A stretch of 64,000 bases of DNA from an uncultured Gemmataceae bacterium (GCA_963750165.1 CAVVPN010000011.1:32001-96000); one strand, 5' to 3'. Positions 39,388 through 55,094 are shown, counted from the stretch's first letter. The notes: generated by a model from the letters alone, not told the origin. Made by a program: numbers and translations.

Positions 39388-40869
39388 TTATTTCGCAAGC
39401 ACCCACGTATCCTTGCTGCCCCCGCCCTGCGAGCTGTTCACCACCAGACTGCCGCGCGGCAGCGCCACCCGCGTCAGGGCGCCGGGGACGATGGTGATCT
39501 TCTCGCCGCACAGCACGAACGGCCGCAGATCGACGTGCCGTCCCTCCAACCGCCCGTCCACGAACGTCGGATGCTGCGACAGCGGCACCACCGGCTGGGC
39601 GATGTAGTCGCGCGGCTGGGCCGTGAGCCGGGCGCGGAACTCGGCCCGCTGCTCCGCCGTCGAGGCCGGCCCGATCAGCATCCCGTAGCCGCCCGACTCG
39701 TTCACCGCCTTGACCACCAGCCGGTCGAGGTTGGCCAGCACGTGACTCAGGTGCGCGGGGACCATCGGCCGGTACGTCTCGACGTTGGCGAGGACCGGAT
39801 CCTGCTTGAGATAATAGCGAATCATGTCCGGGACGAATGGGTATATTCCCTTGTCGTCGGCGATGCCGGTGCCGATGCTGTTCGCCAGCGCCACATTGCC
39901 GGCCCGGTAGGCGTTCACCAGCCCGGCCACCCCCAGACTGCTGTCCAGTCGGAACGCCAGCGGGTCCAGGAAGTCGTCGTCGATGCGGCGGTAGATCACG
40001 TCCACCCGCTCACGGCCGCGCGTGGTCCGCGTGTAGACCCGGTTCTGATCGACGAACAGGTCGCGTCCCTCGACCAACTCAACCCCCATGCGCTGGGCCA
40101 GGAACGTGTGCTCGAAGTACGCCGAGTTGTAGATGCCCGGGCTGAGCAGCACCACCGTCGGGTCGGCCCGGCCGCCGGGGGCGATGAACTTCAGCACGTC
40201 GAGCAACGCGGCCGGGTAGTCGTCGGTCGCCCGCACGTCGAACGGCTCGAAAATCTGCGGGAACGTCCGCTTGAGCACCTGCCGGTTTTGCAGCATGTAG
40301 CTGACGCCCGACGGCGTGCGACCGTTGTCCTCCAGGACAAGGTACTGGCCGTCGGCGTCGCGCACCAGGTCGGTGCCGCAGACGTGGATGTAGATGTCGC
40401 GCGGGACCGCCGCCCCCATGAACTCGCGGCGGAAGTACGCTCCTTCGTACACCAGCCGCGGCTCGATGACCCGATCGCGGAGGATGAACTGTTCGTGGTA
40501 AACGTCCTTGAGGAACAGGTTCAGCGCCGTGAGCCGCTGCACCAGTCCGCGTTCGATGGTGTGCCACTCGTGGGCCGGGATGATCCGCGGCACCGGGTCC
40601 ATCGGCCAGACGCGCTCGATGCCCTCTTCCTGCCGGTACACGGTGAAACCAACGCCGTCCTGCAACATGGACAGGTCGGTCATCGCCTTGCGACGGCGGA
40701 ACTCGTCCGGCGCCAGCCCCTGCAGCCGGCCGTGCAGCGCCTCGTAGTGGGGGCGGGGGCGCAGTTCCTGATCAAACATCTCGTCGTAGGCCGCGCCGAG
40801 CGAGTACCCCTGGAACAGGGAGTCGGCGGACTGCCCGGGGACTGCCCAGGTTGGGTTGCTCATGGCCAT
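39388..40869 (-). CDS. Circularly permuted type 2 ATP-grasp protein
   Basis: [49 protein letters not shown] and [14 protein letters not shown]. Confidence 0.96.
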   Translation of the reverse strand: MAMSNPTWAVPGQSADSLFQGYSLGAAYDEMFDQELRPRPHYEALHGRLQGLAPDEFRRRKAMTDLSMLQDGVGFTVYRQEEGIERVWPMDPVPRIIPAHEWHTIERGLVQRLTALNLFLKDVYHEQFILRDRVIEPRLVYEGAYFRREFMGAAVPRDIYIHVCGTDLVRDADGQYLVLEDNGRTPSGVSYMLQNRQVLKRTFPQIFEPFDVRATDDYPAALLDVLKFIAPGGRADPTVVLLSPGIYNSAYFEHTFLAQRMGVELVEGRDLFVDQNRVYTRTTRGRERVDVIYRRIDDDFLDPLAFRLDSSLGVAGLVNAYRAGNVALANSIGTGIADDKGIYPFVPDMIRYYLKQDPVLANVETYRPMVPAHLSHVLANLDRLVVKAVNESGGYGMLIGPASTAEQRAEFRARLTAQPRDYIAQPVVPLSQHPTFVDGRLEGRHVDLRPFVLCGEKITIVPGALTRVALPRGSLVVNSSQGGGSKDTWVLAK

Positions 40870-41497
40870 GAAGGGCTCACATCCAGGAAGGAGCCAACGC
40901 GGCCCCTGCCCGCATTGTAGCAGCGAATGCTAGAACGAGCGGCAGCATCGACCTCGGCCCTGCCGTTCCGGCCGATTTCTGTTTTGGTGGCCGCGGTACA
41001 AACCGATGAAACACCAAGGCTTACACGCACGTTGCTCCGTTGGGAAGGACGTGCGAGCCACACCGCGCAGGAGATGGTGATGAAAGCAAATGGCATACCT
41101 TTGACGCTTTTCCATCCCCAAGGTGTGCCTCCGGGCCCTTCCTTGCTGCGTAGTGCAGGGGGGAGGAGACTTCTTTACCGTGGTACAGGCGTCTCGCCTG
41201 TGTTGCGCTGCCACAACGGCTGGTTCGGCGCGGACCTCTTGAAACGTCTTCTTTTAGGACGACTATTATCCCCTGTCGAAGCGCTTGTGAAAAGCCTCAA
41301 GAAGCGCCCGCCGGAGAGCGTAACCACCCAGGAACCAGATTGCAAGTAGCGCGCGCCGGAATCTGCAAAAGCCATAACCGGAGTCTCTTGAACCGCCTCC
41401 GAAGCCTTCGCTGGTCCGCGCGGCTACTCATTCCCTGGATGTCATCCTGACGGACAGCCGAACGCCGAACAGCTGCCGTGCGTCAGAAAAAAAATGC

Positions 41498-41526
41498 TTG
41501 TCAGTCGCCCGCCGCTGTGCCACAAT
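41498..41526 (+). promoter_or_regulatory. Sigma70 promoter of the cytochrome c/WD40-DUF1549 operon
   Basis: A8 tract, then TTGTCA-17 nt-CACAAT with TGn extension. Confidence 0.55.
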
Positions 41527-41652
41527 CGCAATTGTTCACCCGCCACCGCCGCCATCCCCGCGCCGCCGCGCCCGCCCGGCCCGCCATACCACCCGCCCTC
41601 CGTTGACCGCGGGAGAGTGCCAGGTTTGTGAGGTATTCAACAGGAGTCCGCG

Positions 41653-43098
41653 ATGACCGTCGTCCGACGCTTTTTACTGCCGGTCGCCCTGCTCGGCCTG
41701 TGCTGGCCGCTGCTGTCCGGTGACGCCCGGCCCCAAAAAGACGACAAGGACAAGCTGCCCGAGGTCGTCAGCTATTACCGTCATGTCCGCCCGCTGTTCC
41801 TGCAGCACTGCCAGGGCTGCCATCAGCCCGCCAAGGCCGAGGGCAGCTTCCTGATGACCACCTACGACGAACTCTTCAAGCAGGGCGAGAGCGACAAGCC
41901 CGGCGTCGTCGCCGGCCAGCCCGACCGCAGTTACATTGTCGAGCAGATCACGCCGCACGACGGCAAGTCGCCGAAGATGCCGCGCAACAAGGAACCGCTC
42001 AGCGCCCACGAGGTCAACCTCATCAAGAAGTGGATCGCCCAGGGTGCCCGGAACGACACGCCGCCGTCGGCGCGGCAGATCGTTGTGGACGCCGACCACC
42101 CGCCCGTCTACCACCTGGCGCCGGTGCTCACGTCGGTGGCGTTCTCGCCGGACAGTAAGCTGCTGGCGGTGTCCGGCTATCACGAGGTGCTGCTGCACCA
42201 CGCGGACGGCACCGGCCTGGTGGCGCGACTGATCGGCGCCTCGGAGCGCATCCAGTCGGTGGCGTTCTCGCCGGACGGCAAGTACCTGGCGGTCGCGGGC
42301 GGTTCGCCGGGCCGCTTCGGTGAGATCCAGGTCTGGAATGTCGCGCGCAAGCAGCTCAAGCTGTCGGTGCCGATGACGTTCGACACCGTGTACGGCGTCA
42401 GCTGGTCGCCGGACGGCACGAAGATCGCCTTCGGTTGCGCCGACAAGTCGCTGCGGGCCATCGACCTGACGGGCAAGCAAATTCTCTACCAGGGCGGCCA
42501 CGACGACTGGGTGCTGGAGACGGTCTTCTCGAAGGACGGCTCGCACCTGGTGTCGGTCAGCCGCGACATGTCGATGAAGCTGACCGAGGTGGCGACGCAG
42601 CGGCTGGTCGATAACATCACCAGTATCACGCCGGGGGCGCTCAAGGGCGGCCTGATTACCGTGGACCGGCACCCGACCAAGGACGAACTGGTCATCGGCG
42701 GCGCGGACGGGCTGCCGAAGCTGTACCAGATGTACCGGACCAAACCGCGGCAGATCGGCGACGACTTCAACCGCATCACGAGCTTCAGGCCGGCGGCGCT
42801 GCCGGGGCGCGTGTTTTCGGTGCGCTTCAACAAGGACGGCAGTCGGGTGGTGTGCGGCAGCAGCAAGGACGGCACCGGCGAAGCGCGGGTGCTGCAAGTG
42901 AGCGACGGCAAGTTGATCGCGAAGCTGGACGGCGAGCTGGGACCGGTGTACGCGGTGGCGTTTCGGCCGGACGGCCAACTGGTGGCGTCGGCGGGTTTCG
43001 CCGGCGTGGTCCGGCTGCACGACCCCAACACCGGCAAACTGGTCCGCGAGTTCGTGCCCGTGCCACTGACCCCGGCCAAGGCGATCGGGGCGAAGTGA
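41653..43098 (+). CDS. Planctomycete cytochrome c domain plus WD40 repeat protein
   Basis: Signal peptide; CQGCH...KMP...WIAQGA; repeated VAFSPDG motifs; AGGAG RBS. Confidence 0.92.
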   Translation: MTVVRRFLLPVALLGLCWPLLSGDARPQKDDKDKLPEVVSYYRHVRPLFLQHCQGCHQPAKAEGSFLMTTYDELFKQGESDKPGVVAGQPDRSYIVEQITPHDGKSPKMPRNKEPLSAHEVNLIKKWIAQGARNDTPPSARQIVVDADHPPVYHLAPVLTSVAFSPDSKLLAVSGYHEVLLHHADGTGLVARLIGASERIQSVAFSPDGKYLAVAGGSPGRFGEIQVWNVARKQLKLSVPMTFDTVYGVSWSPDGTKIAFGCADKSLRAIDLTGKQILYQGGHDDWVLETVFSKDGSHLVSVSRDMSMKLTEVATQRLVDNITSITPGALKGGLITVDRHPTKDELVIGGADGLPKLYQMYRTKPRQIGDDFNRITSFRPAALPGRVFSVRFNKDGSRVVCGSSKDGTGEARVLQVSDGKLIAKLDGELGPVYAVAFRPDGQLVASAGFAGVVRLHDPNTGKLVREFVPVPLTPAKAIGAK

Positions 43099-43102
43099 CC
43101 TC

Positions 43103-43166
43103 TTTCGTGGGGCAGACCTTCCTGTCTGCCGGTCCCTCGGCAGACAGGAAGGTCTGCCCCACGAAA
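43103..43166. repeat. REP-like palindromic element family C
   Basis: GTGGGGCAGACCTTCCTGTCTGCC ... GGCAGACAGGAAGGTCTGCCCCAC; second copy 51686-51743. Confidence 0.88.
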
Positions 43167-43226
43167 AGACAATGAAGACAACGAGCGCTAACCATAACAT
43201 CCCGCGACATCCCACAGGCGATACCC

Positions 43227-46567
<3,341 letters not shown>

Positions 46568-46845
46568 GCGCGAACGAGGTGACGCGACTCTAGCAATGTG
46601 GGTCGCGTCGCCTCGTTTCGGGCTCCGCCGGGACGACGCCGCGATGGGTCATCGTGACAACTATCTCATTTCCCACCGTCGGCGCTTGGCGGCGTCACAA
46701 GCGCGGCGACTTCGGGCCGGGGCGGTGAGGCAAGCGCCTGCTGCTTCGGCACCCTTGGCACCCTTGCGCGGCCGGACCGCCAGCGGCCCGGGACCGATCC
46801 TCTTCTTCCACGAATGCGTGGGAATCTCAGATACGGCCGCGAGCG

Positions 46846-47172
46846 TCAACCGTGCGTCCCCTCCGCCGGCGCGAACACGACCAGTAGCGTCAGGTCCATG
46901 GTGATGCTGTGGAAGTGGTGTTCCTGCTGGGCCGGTACGAAGACGACGGAGCCGACCGACACGGGCACGTCCTCAGCGCCGATGCGGATGATGCCACAGC
47001 CGGCGACAACGCAATAGATTTCGTCCTCGGTGTGCGGCCGCTGCGTGTCGATGGCATCTACAGCCAGTTCATAAATGCCGACACTGAATGCGGGCCGGCG
47101 AAGGAATTCCAGGTAGGGTCGGCCGGTTTCCTTGCGTTCAGCAGCCAGTTGCCACAGGTCAAAGATGGACAT
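46846..47172 (-). CDS. Cupin domain protein
   Basis: PHTEDEIY...G.VVFVPAQQEHHF...LVVFAP. Confidence 0.88.
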   Translation of the reverse strand: MSIFDLWQLAAERKETGRPYLEFLRRPAFSVGIYELAVDAIDTQRPHTEDEIYCVVAGCGIIRIGAEDVPVSVGSVVFVPAQQEHHFHSITMDLTLLVVFAPAEGTHG

Positions 47173-47198
47173 GGATGGCTCCCGTGAGTGACACCGGC

Positions 47199-47410
47199 TC
47201 AATCCGCCCAGTTCTCGACGCGCAGCCCGGGGATGAGTTTGAAGTGACGCAGGTTGCGCGACACCAGGTAGCGCGGTTGGCCTTGCCGATCTTCCGTCCG
47301 GGGACTGCCCCCTGTTCGGCCAACTCCCGCAACGCCTTCTGTGAGACCTGCAGGTACGCTGCCGCCTCGGACAGTTTCAGCACTTCTCCTGTGGAATTCA
47401 CTGTGGCCAT
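47199..47410 (-). pseudogene. Internally deleted HTH_17-antitoxin/PIN(VapC)-toxin pair
   Basis: EVLKLSEAAAYLQVS...VPGRKIGK (excisionase-like HTH) joined to ANRAT(L)VSRNLRHFKLIPGLRVENWAD (PIN C-terminus). Confidence 0.75.
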
Positions 47411-47577
47411 GACCATTCCCCCGTGCGCGGGGCCGATCAAAATCCAATACTTGTCCGCCATCCTGAGCTTAGCAAACGCCCCAGCGCGCCTCAATGCCTC
47501 GCCGCCGCGTTCCCTGGACGCCGCCGCGCAACCGCCGTATACCGAGCAGCAACCCTCGCCACGATCAGGAGCCCCGC

Positions 47578-49260
<1,683 letters not shown>

Positions 49261-49268
49261 TAGTTGGG

Positions 49269-49685
49269 TCAACCGTAATTGACGCGCGCAATCGCGGCCT
49301 TGATGTTTTTCCAGCGCTCCGAGTTAATCGGCAACTGGTCGAACGCCTGGATGATGCGTTCCGCTTCTCGGATGGCGGCAAGCGCTGCCTCCTCTTGCTC
49401 GGTGGACGGGTCGCTCATGAAATAGTCGGCGAGTACACGCTGGGCGTGAAAATCCCCCAGAGTGGACCCGATTTGTTCGAACTCCGGGTCGGCACAGTTC
49501 AATAACTTTCGCTGCAGGGCCACATGATATTCCTTGCCGGCTTTTGGAAACCCCAGTTTTTCCAGAAAGTCCACGGCCACGTTGAAAACGGCGTAATACG
49601 CGCGGCTGACCGCGGAGCGGTATTCAGCCGAGCCCTGTTTGCCTGCCAGATGGACAGCCACCTCAAGGATTCGTCGGGGGTTCAT
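49269..49685 (-). CDS. HEPN domain protein (UPF0332/COG1895-like)
   Basis: RSAVSRAYYAVF, H, and RVLADY (R-x4-Y); visibly lower GC than flanks. Confidence 0.8.
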   Translation of the reverse strand: MNPRRILEVAVHLAGKQGSAEYRSAVSRAYYAVFNVAVDFLEKLGFPKAGKEYHVALQRKLLNCADPEFEQIGSTLGDFHAQRVLADYFMSDPSTEQEEAALAAIREAERIIQAFDQLPINSERWKNIKAAIARVNYG

Positions 49686-50007
49686 GTCTACCACTGAAGT
49701 TGTACAATGTCCGAATGAAGAACTGCTTTTCTTTGGGGATATCGGCCATCCACAATTTCTTAAACGTGGTGTAGTCCGCCAGCACCTCTTCGACGCTCCC
49801 CGGGGCGAACACGTCAACAACAAGCCATTCCCAACAACTCTCGGGGTCTCCCACCACACGCAGGGCGGTTTTGTCCGTCCGGAAACACCGCTTGGCCAAT
49901 TCGACAGTCCTTGCCACCTCGTCGGTAATGTCCTTCTCCTCGCAAAAAGCGACCACCTCCGGTGAAGGTATTTGCAGGTTGGCATCAGGCAACTGGACGG
50001 TGTCCAT
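49663..50007 (-). CDS. Hypothetical protein, putative partner of the HEPN protein
   Basis: GGGAG RBS; 114 aa; overlaps the HEPN start by 23 nt; same lower-GC block. Confidence 0.7.
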   Translation of the reverse strand: MDTVQLPDANLQIPSPEVVAFCEEKDITDEVARTVELAKRCFRTDKTALRVVGDPESCWEWLVVDVFAPGSVEEVLADYTTFKKLWMADIPKEKQFFIRTLYNFSGRHEPPTNP

Positions 50008-50063
50008 TGGATTCTCCCATTGAAAAGGTCTGTTCTGACGCTGGGCCTTTCCCATCGCGGGCC

Positions 50064-51638
50064 TCAGCCGCACCGCCGGTCCATATCCTCACGCAAGCGC
50101 TCGATCGCCTCGCACGCCAGGTGGGCGATGTCGCCGTCCTCCGAGTCCGCCAGCCGGTCCAGGTCCGGCCACAGCAGCGTCAGCCCCTCGACCGCGACCA
50201 CCTGAATCGCCTCGTGAACCTGCCGGCTCTCCTCACCGGTCAGCGCCTGACGGAACCACTGCAGCGCCTGCCGTTCGCCCAGCCGCGCCAGCGCCGCCCG
50301 GCCGTTCTGCCGCACTTCCGCGTTGGCGTCGCGCCGCGCCTGCTGCAGGCACGCCAGGATTTCACCGCGGCGCAGCGGCTCCCACCAGCCCAGGCTGCTC
50401 ACCGCCGCCGCCCGGATGGTCGGGTCCCAGTCGCACGACGCCAGCGCCAGAAACGCCTCGGTCTCCGGCGACGGGTGGCCGCGCAGCGCCCGCAGGATGG
50501 CCCGGTACGGCACGTCCGCCGGCACCGACGACCGGCCCGGCGGCAGCGGCCGTCGTCGCCACTGCGCTCGCCGCGTCATGCCGACGCGCCGCTTCACCCA
50601 CTCGCGCAGGTACGGCCCCACGCGCGGGTCGTGCGACCACGTCAGCACCTCGACCGCCGGCTCGTGCAGCGGTGCCGGCAGCTTCATCAACATCGGCAGC
50701 AGCGCGGCGCCCGCCTCCGCGTACAGGTCGTTGAGCGCCTGCAGCACGTCGCGCAGTTCCTGGGGCCGGGCGGTGGGGATGAGCGCGCACAGGTGATGGG
50801 GCGCCTCGTCGAGATAGTCCGTCAGCACCGGCTCCAGCACCGCGACACGCGATAGTTGCCACTCGAACGCCTCCTGTTCGGCGGTCTCCTCCGCGAGCGC
50901 CAGCCGGGCGTGCGGGGCGCGGCGCAGCAACTTCAGCGTCTCGGCCAGCACGCGCACCACCAGCGGGTGGACCTCCTCGGGCCGGTGGTCCCACAGGTTC
51001 TCGATCACCTCACCGAGCCGGGCCTCCATGACCAGGTAGGGCGGCACGCCGTGGCGCAACCCCTCGATGGCCCGGTGCAGCACCCGCAGTGCCGCCCGGC
51101 CCAGCGGCGTCTCCGGCTCACGCAGGTAGCCGCCGAAGCTTAAAAAGCACACGGTCTCGGCGGCGAAGAAGTGGCCCAGCGGGATGTCGCCGGCGTTGTC
51201 GGCGACGCGGAGCAGGTGCGGCAGGCTCTCCTGACGGTTCAGACTGCGCAGGCTGCTGGCCAGGTCGATCCAGTACCACGATTGTTCGAGCAGGTCATCG
51301 CTGAGGCGGCGCTGCAACTGGCGTTCGAGGATGCGGCCGGCGTCGTCGGTGCCGATCTCGGCCAGGGCGCGGACCTGCACCACGAAGTGCATGCCCGGCC
51401 GCAGACTGGCCTCGACCTGGGCCAGTTCGCCGCGCTCCAGCAGATCGCGGAAGCGGGCCTTGGCGGCCTCGACCTGGGCCTCATTGAGTTGACCGCCCTG
51501 GAACAGGTCGAGGTGTTGCCGGGTCACCGGCGACAGCGTCTCCGTGGGCGCCTGCCGCCGGTTCAGATGGCGGCCCAGCAGGAACGCCGCCGCCATCATC
51601 ATCGGCAGCACCACCGCCATGATCATGACCGCTTCCAT
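50064..51638 (-). CDS. Membrane-anchored HEAT-repeat protein
   Basis: N-terminal hydrophobic helix; VRALAEIG, DPTIRAAAVSSLG and AEVRQNGRAALARLG. Confidence 0.8.
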   Translation of the reverse strand: MEAVMIMAVVLPMMMAAAFLLGRHLNRRQAPTETLSPVTRQHLDLFQGGQLNEAQVEAAKARFRDLLERGELAQVEASLRPGMHFVVQVRALAEIGTDDAGRILERQLQRRLSDDLLEQSWYWIDLASSLRSLNRQESLPHLLRVADNAGDIPLGHFFAAETVCFLSFGGYLREPETPLGRAALRVLHRAIEGLRHGVPPYLVMEARLGEVIENLWDHRPEEVHPLVVRVLAETLKLLRRAPHARLALAEETAEQEAFEWQLSRVAVLEPVLTDYLDEAPHHLCALIPTARPQELRDVLQALNDLYAEAGAALLPMLMKLPAPLHEPAVEVLTWSHDPRVGPYLREWVKRRVGMTRRAQWRRRPLPPGRSSVPADVPYRAILRALRGHPSPETEAFLALASCDWDPTIRAAAVSSLGWWEPLRRGEILACLQQARRDANAEVRQNGRAALARLGERQALQWFRQALTGEESRQVHEAIQVVAVEGLTLLWPDLDRLADSEDGDIAHLACEAIERLREDMDRRCG

Positions 51639-51685
51639 CGGCACCGTCCTCGGTCTCTGGGTGTTGCGCTCAGGGTGTCCTTCTG

Positions 51686-51743
51686 CGTGGGGTAGACATT
51701 CCTGTCTGCCAACCACAACGGCAGACAGAAATGTCTGCCCACG
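51686..51743. repeat. REP-like palindromic element family C
   Basis: GTGGGGTAGACATTCCTGTCTGCC ... GGCAGACAGAAATGTCTGCCCAC. Confidence 0.85.
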
Positions 51744-51752
51744 TACCAACCG

Positions 51753-53009
51753 TCACTCCCGCACCTGCCCGTCGCCGTACACGACGTATTTGTAGCTGCA
51801 CAATTCTAGCAAACCGCATGGGCCGCGTGCGTGAAATTTATCCGTGCTGATACCGATTTCCGCGCCGAGGCCGAATTCATGGCCGTCATGGAAGCGCGTG
51901 CTGGCGTTGACCACCACCGCCGCCGAGTCCACCGCCGCGGTGAAACGCCGCGCCGCGGTCAGATCGTTGGTCACGATCGCGTCCGTGTGCTGCGAACCGT
52001 AGCGGCTGATGTGCTCGATCGCTTCCTCCAGGTTGTTCACCACCTTGATCGACAGGATCAGGTCCAGGTATTCCGCCGCGTAATCCTCCTCGGTGGCCGG
52101 CTGCGCGTCCGGCAGCAGGCGGCGCGTCGCCGCGCAGCCGCGCAGCTCGACGCCGCGCTGCCGCAGCGCTGCCCCGATGCGCGGCAGGAACGCCGTGGCG
52201 GCGTCGGCGTGGACCAGCAGACTTTCCGCCGCGTTGCAGACGCCGGGCCGCTGGCACTTGGCGTTGACGACGATTCGCTCCGCCATCGCCAGGTCGGCGG
52301 CACCATCGACGTAGACGTGACAGTTGCCGCGGTAGTGCTTCAGCACCGGCATCGTCGCCTCGGCGGTGACGCGGCGGATCAACGCCTCGCCGCCGCGCGG
52401 GATCACCAGATCAATGGTATCGCTCTGCCGCAGCAGTTGGCCGACGGCGGCGCGGTCGGTCGTGCTCACCAGCTGCACCGCGTCCTCCGGCAGTTCAGCG
52501 GTGCGCAGGGCGTCCTGCAAGATTTTGTGCAACTCGGTGTTGGAGTGCAGCGCTTCCTTGCCGCCGCGAAGGATGACGGCGTTGCCGCTTTTGACGCACA
52601 GCGCGGCGGCGTCGGCAGTGACGTTCGGCCGGGATTCGTAGATGAAAAAGATGACACCGAGCGGCACCTGGACCTTGTGGACCTGCAAGCCGTTGGGCTG
52701 GACGCTGCTGTTGGCGACGCGGCCGACGGGGTCCGGCAGCGCCGCCACCTCGCGCAGCCCGGCGGCGACGCTGCGGAGGCGCTCGGGAGTCAGCCGCAGT
52801 CGATCCACCGCGGCGCCGGTCAGGCCAGCGTCGGCGGCACCGGCCAGGTCGCGCGCGTTGGCGGCGAGCAGTTCGGGCGTGCGCTCCTCCAGATGGCGGG
52901 CGGCCAGGTGCAGCCAGCGGTTCTTGCGGTCGGTGGTCAGCGTCGCCAGGGTGCGGCAGGCGCGGCGGGCGCGCTGGCCGAGGTCGCGACAGTAGATTTG
53001 TAAATCCAT
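51753..53009 (-). CDS. proA: Glutamate-5-semialdehyde dehydrogenase
   Basis: [39 protein letters not shown] and [16 protein letters not shown]. Confidence 0.97.
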   Translation of the reverse strand: MDLQIYCRDLGQRARRACRTLATLTTDRKNRWLHLAARHLEERTPELLAANARDLAGAADAGLTGAAVDRLRLTPERLRSVAAGLREVAALPDPVGRVANSSVQPNGLQVHKVQVPLGVIFFIYESRPNVTADAAALCVKSGNAVILRGGKEALHSNTELHKILQDALRTAELPEDAVQLVSTTDRAAVGQLLRQSDTIDLVIPRGGEALIRRVTAEATMPVLKHYRGNCHVYVDGAADLAMAERIVVNAKCQRPGVCNAAESLLVHADAATAFLPRIGAALRQRGVELRGCAATRRLLPDAQPATEEDYAAEYLDLILSIKVVNNLEEAIEHISRYGSQHTDAIVTNDLTAARRFTAAVDSAAVVVNASTRFHDGHEFGLGAEIGISTDKFHARGPCGLLELCSYKYVVYGDGQVRE

Positions 53010-53055
53010 GACACTTTCAAGGCAGGAAAAGACGACGCCAGCGTTCCTCCAGATT

Positions 53056-53099
53056 GATTCATCGTTTCGCGCCGGCCCGCCGGCGCGAAACGATGAATC
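53056..53099. repeat. Perfect 20-bp inverted repeat between cdaR and proA
   Basis: GATTCATCGTTTCGCGCCGG-cccg-CCGGCGCGAAACGATGAATC. Confidence 0.8.
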
Positions 53100-53112
53100 G
53101 AGGCAGACGGGT

Positions 53113-54243
53113 TTAGTCGTCGCCGCCAGCGGCCGGCTCCAGCACAAACGCCACGCGACGCGGCGGCTCCTGGGCCAGCTGAAAATCCCTTGGTAATTGT
53201 AGCCGAACTGGCTCCAGATTTCTGCCCTGGCCGAAACTGCCGCGCGTCAGGTCCACGAACGCCTGCACTGCCGGCGGCTCCTCCGTCGCCGGCCCGACCA
53301 CGCGCAGGCTGATCCGCCCCCTGTCCTTGTCGAAGCGCGGCCGCCACGGGAAGTCTGGCGGACACAGGAACGTCACCGGCACGTCCGTCAGTTCGTACAC
53401 CTTCTGGCGTGGGTGGACGCGGAAGCGGAACGTCACGCTCGGCGGCGTCGCCTGGATCGGTCGGCCTTCCAGTTCGCGCACCAGCGATACCTGACCGCGC
53501 AGCAGCATGTCGGGGCCGCTGGCGAGTTCGTCCGGCGTCGCCACAGTGTACGGCTGCGTGGCGATGAAGCGAACGCGGTCCAGCACGTCCTTGGGGCCGC
53601 GCACCATCACGGTCGCGGGCTCCAGCTTGACCTGACTGATGCGCACGTCGCCGGTGTGGTCGAGGCGCACGGGCAGGTGCCGCTCGGCCAGTTTGAGCAG
53701 CTTGACCGGGATGGCATTGCGGCCCTCGGAAACGACGGCCTGCACGCCCGGCGGCACCGGCACCGCCTCCGCCTCCACGCGCAAGCAGTCGTGGTAAACG
53801 CTGTCCTTGAGGCACTCCTCCGGCACCGCGAGCGTCACCGGCACGAAGACCTGGCCGCGCTGGAGTTGATTGCGGAGTTCGCGGATGCGCGATGGCGGGC
53901 CCGTGAACGACACCGGCACTCGACTGCTGCCGTCGATCTCCAGTTCGTAGTTGCCGAGCGTGCCCGGCGCCAGGATGATCTGCACAGGGATGGGCATGTC
54001 GTCGAGGGTTTCCTGATCGCGGCTGCGGGCGTACAGCCAGACCAGGAACGCCAGGCTCAGGGCCACAAGCACTTCCAGGACGATGTTGCGGAGGCAGTAC
54101 GCGGCGAACCACGCCCCCGGGAACGGCCAGCGCAGCCAGGCGCCCCAGGTGAACTTGCCCGTCTCCTGCGCCGCCGCGGCGCCCAGCATGGGGCGGACGG
54201 GCGAGAGCCGCTGCGTTTCCTTGTTGAGGTGCATCTGGTTCAT
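53113..54243 (-). CDS. cdaR: YbbR/CdaR-like protein
   Basis: [29 protein letters not shown] and ISLRVVGP beta-repeats; directly after a DAC gene. Confidence 0.75.
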   Translation of the reverse strand: MNQMHLNKETQRLSPVRPMLGAAAAQETGKFTWGAWLRWPFPGAWFAAYCLRNIVLEVLVALSLAFLVWLYARSRDQETLDDMPIPVQIILAPGTLGNYELEIDGSSRVPVSFTGPPSRIRELRNQLQRGQVFVPVTLAVPEECLKDSVYHDCLRVEAEAVPVPPGVQAVVSEGRNAIPVKLLKLAERHLPVRLDHTGDVRISQVKLEPATVMVRGPKDVLDRVRFIATQPYTVATPDELASGPDMLLRGQVSLVRELEGRPIQATPPSVTFRFRVHPRQKVYELTDVPVTFLCPPDFPWRPRFDKDRGRISLRVVGPATEEPPAVQAFVDLTRGSFGQGRNLEPVRLQLPRDFQLAQEPPRRVAFVLEPAAGGDD

Positions 54244-54246
54244 GGG

Positions 54247-55074
54247 TCAGGCCGCCTTGCGCAGGGGGTACGTGGCCGGGCTGCTGAGCACCGTCGCCAG
54301 CCGCCGGGCGAGCTGTTCGCGCGGCACCGTTTCCAGCTTGCCGCCCTGCGCCAGCGAGATGCGGCCGGTCTCCTCGCTGACCACCAGCAGCAGCGCATCG
54401 GTCTCCTCGCTCAGGCACAGGGCCGCCCGGTGACGCATGCCCAGATGATGGTGGTCCGGCTGCTCGGGCGTCTTGCCGTCGCGGACCACCAGCGGCAGTT
54501 GACACGCCGCGGCAACGACGCGGCCGCTGCTCAGGATGACGGCCCCGTCGTGCAGCGGACTGCGCGGCATGAAGATGCAGCGGATCAACGCCGACGAGAA
54601 GTCACCGTCAATGCGCTCGCCGGTGTCGATATACGGCCCCAGGCCGACCTCGCGCTGGATGGCGATCAGCGCCCCCACGCAGTCGCGCGACAGCGCCTCG
54701 GCGGTGACCGCCAGCAGCTCCGCCAGCGACTGGGTATCGACGTTCAGGTAGCGCCACACGGTCGAGCGGCCGAGCACCATCAGGCCGCGGCGCAGCTCCG
54801 GCTGGAAGATGACGACCAGGCCGAGGAGCACAGTGGTCAGCACATAGTCGAGGACGCGGCCCAGTTCGGTGAGGTCGAGCGCGGCGATGACGACCTGAGC
54901 GGCCAAAAACAGGCAGACGGCGACCAGGCCGAGGCCACGACCGATGGACGAGCCAGGGCCGCAGGTCTTGCCGAGGAAGTGCAGGACCGCGTAGATGACC
55001 ACCGCCAGAATGCCGATCTGGATCAGGTCCGCGGTGCTCACCGATTCATAAAGCTGGCCGAGTCGATGGATCAA
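54247..55074 (-). CDS. cdaA: Diadenylate cyclase (CdaA/DacA type)
   Basis: Three TM helices; VIFQPELRRGL, GALIAI, SPLHDGAVI, GMRHRAA and VSEETG; GGAGG before TTG. Confidence 0.93.
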   Translation of the reverse strand: MIHRLGQLYESVSTADLIQIGILAVVIYAVLHFLGKTCGPGSSIGRGLGLVAVCLFLAAQVVIAALDLTELGRVLDYVLTTVLLGLVVIFQPELRRGLMVLGRSTVWRYLNVDTQSLAELLAVTAEALSRDCVGALIAIQREVGLGPYIDTGERIDGDFSSALIRCIFMPRSPLHDGAVILSSGRVVAAACQLPLVVRDGKTPEQPDHHHLGMRHRAALCLSEETDALLLVVSEETGRISLAQGGKLETVPREQLARRLATVLSSPATYPLRKAA

Positions 55075-55094
55075 GGCAGCCTCCGCTTGCCCGT

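Noticed and set aside
40927..41480. 140-aa ORF or ncRNA in the long intergenic region
   Set aside because: Atypical codon usage, no RBS and no recognisable RNA motif; treated as a divergent promoter region.
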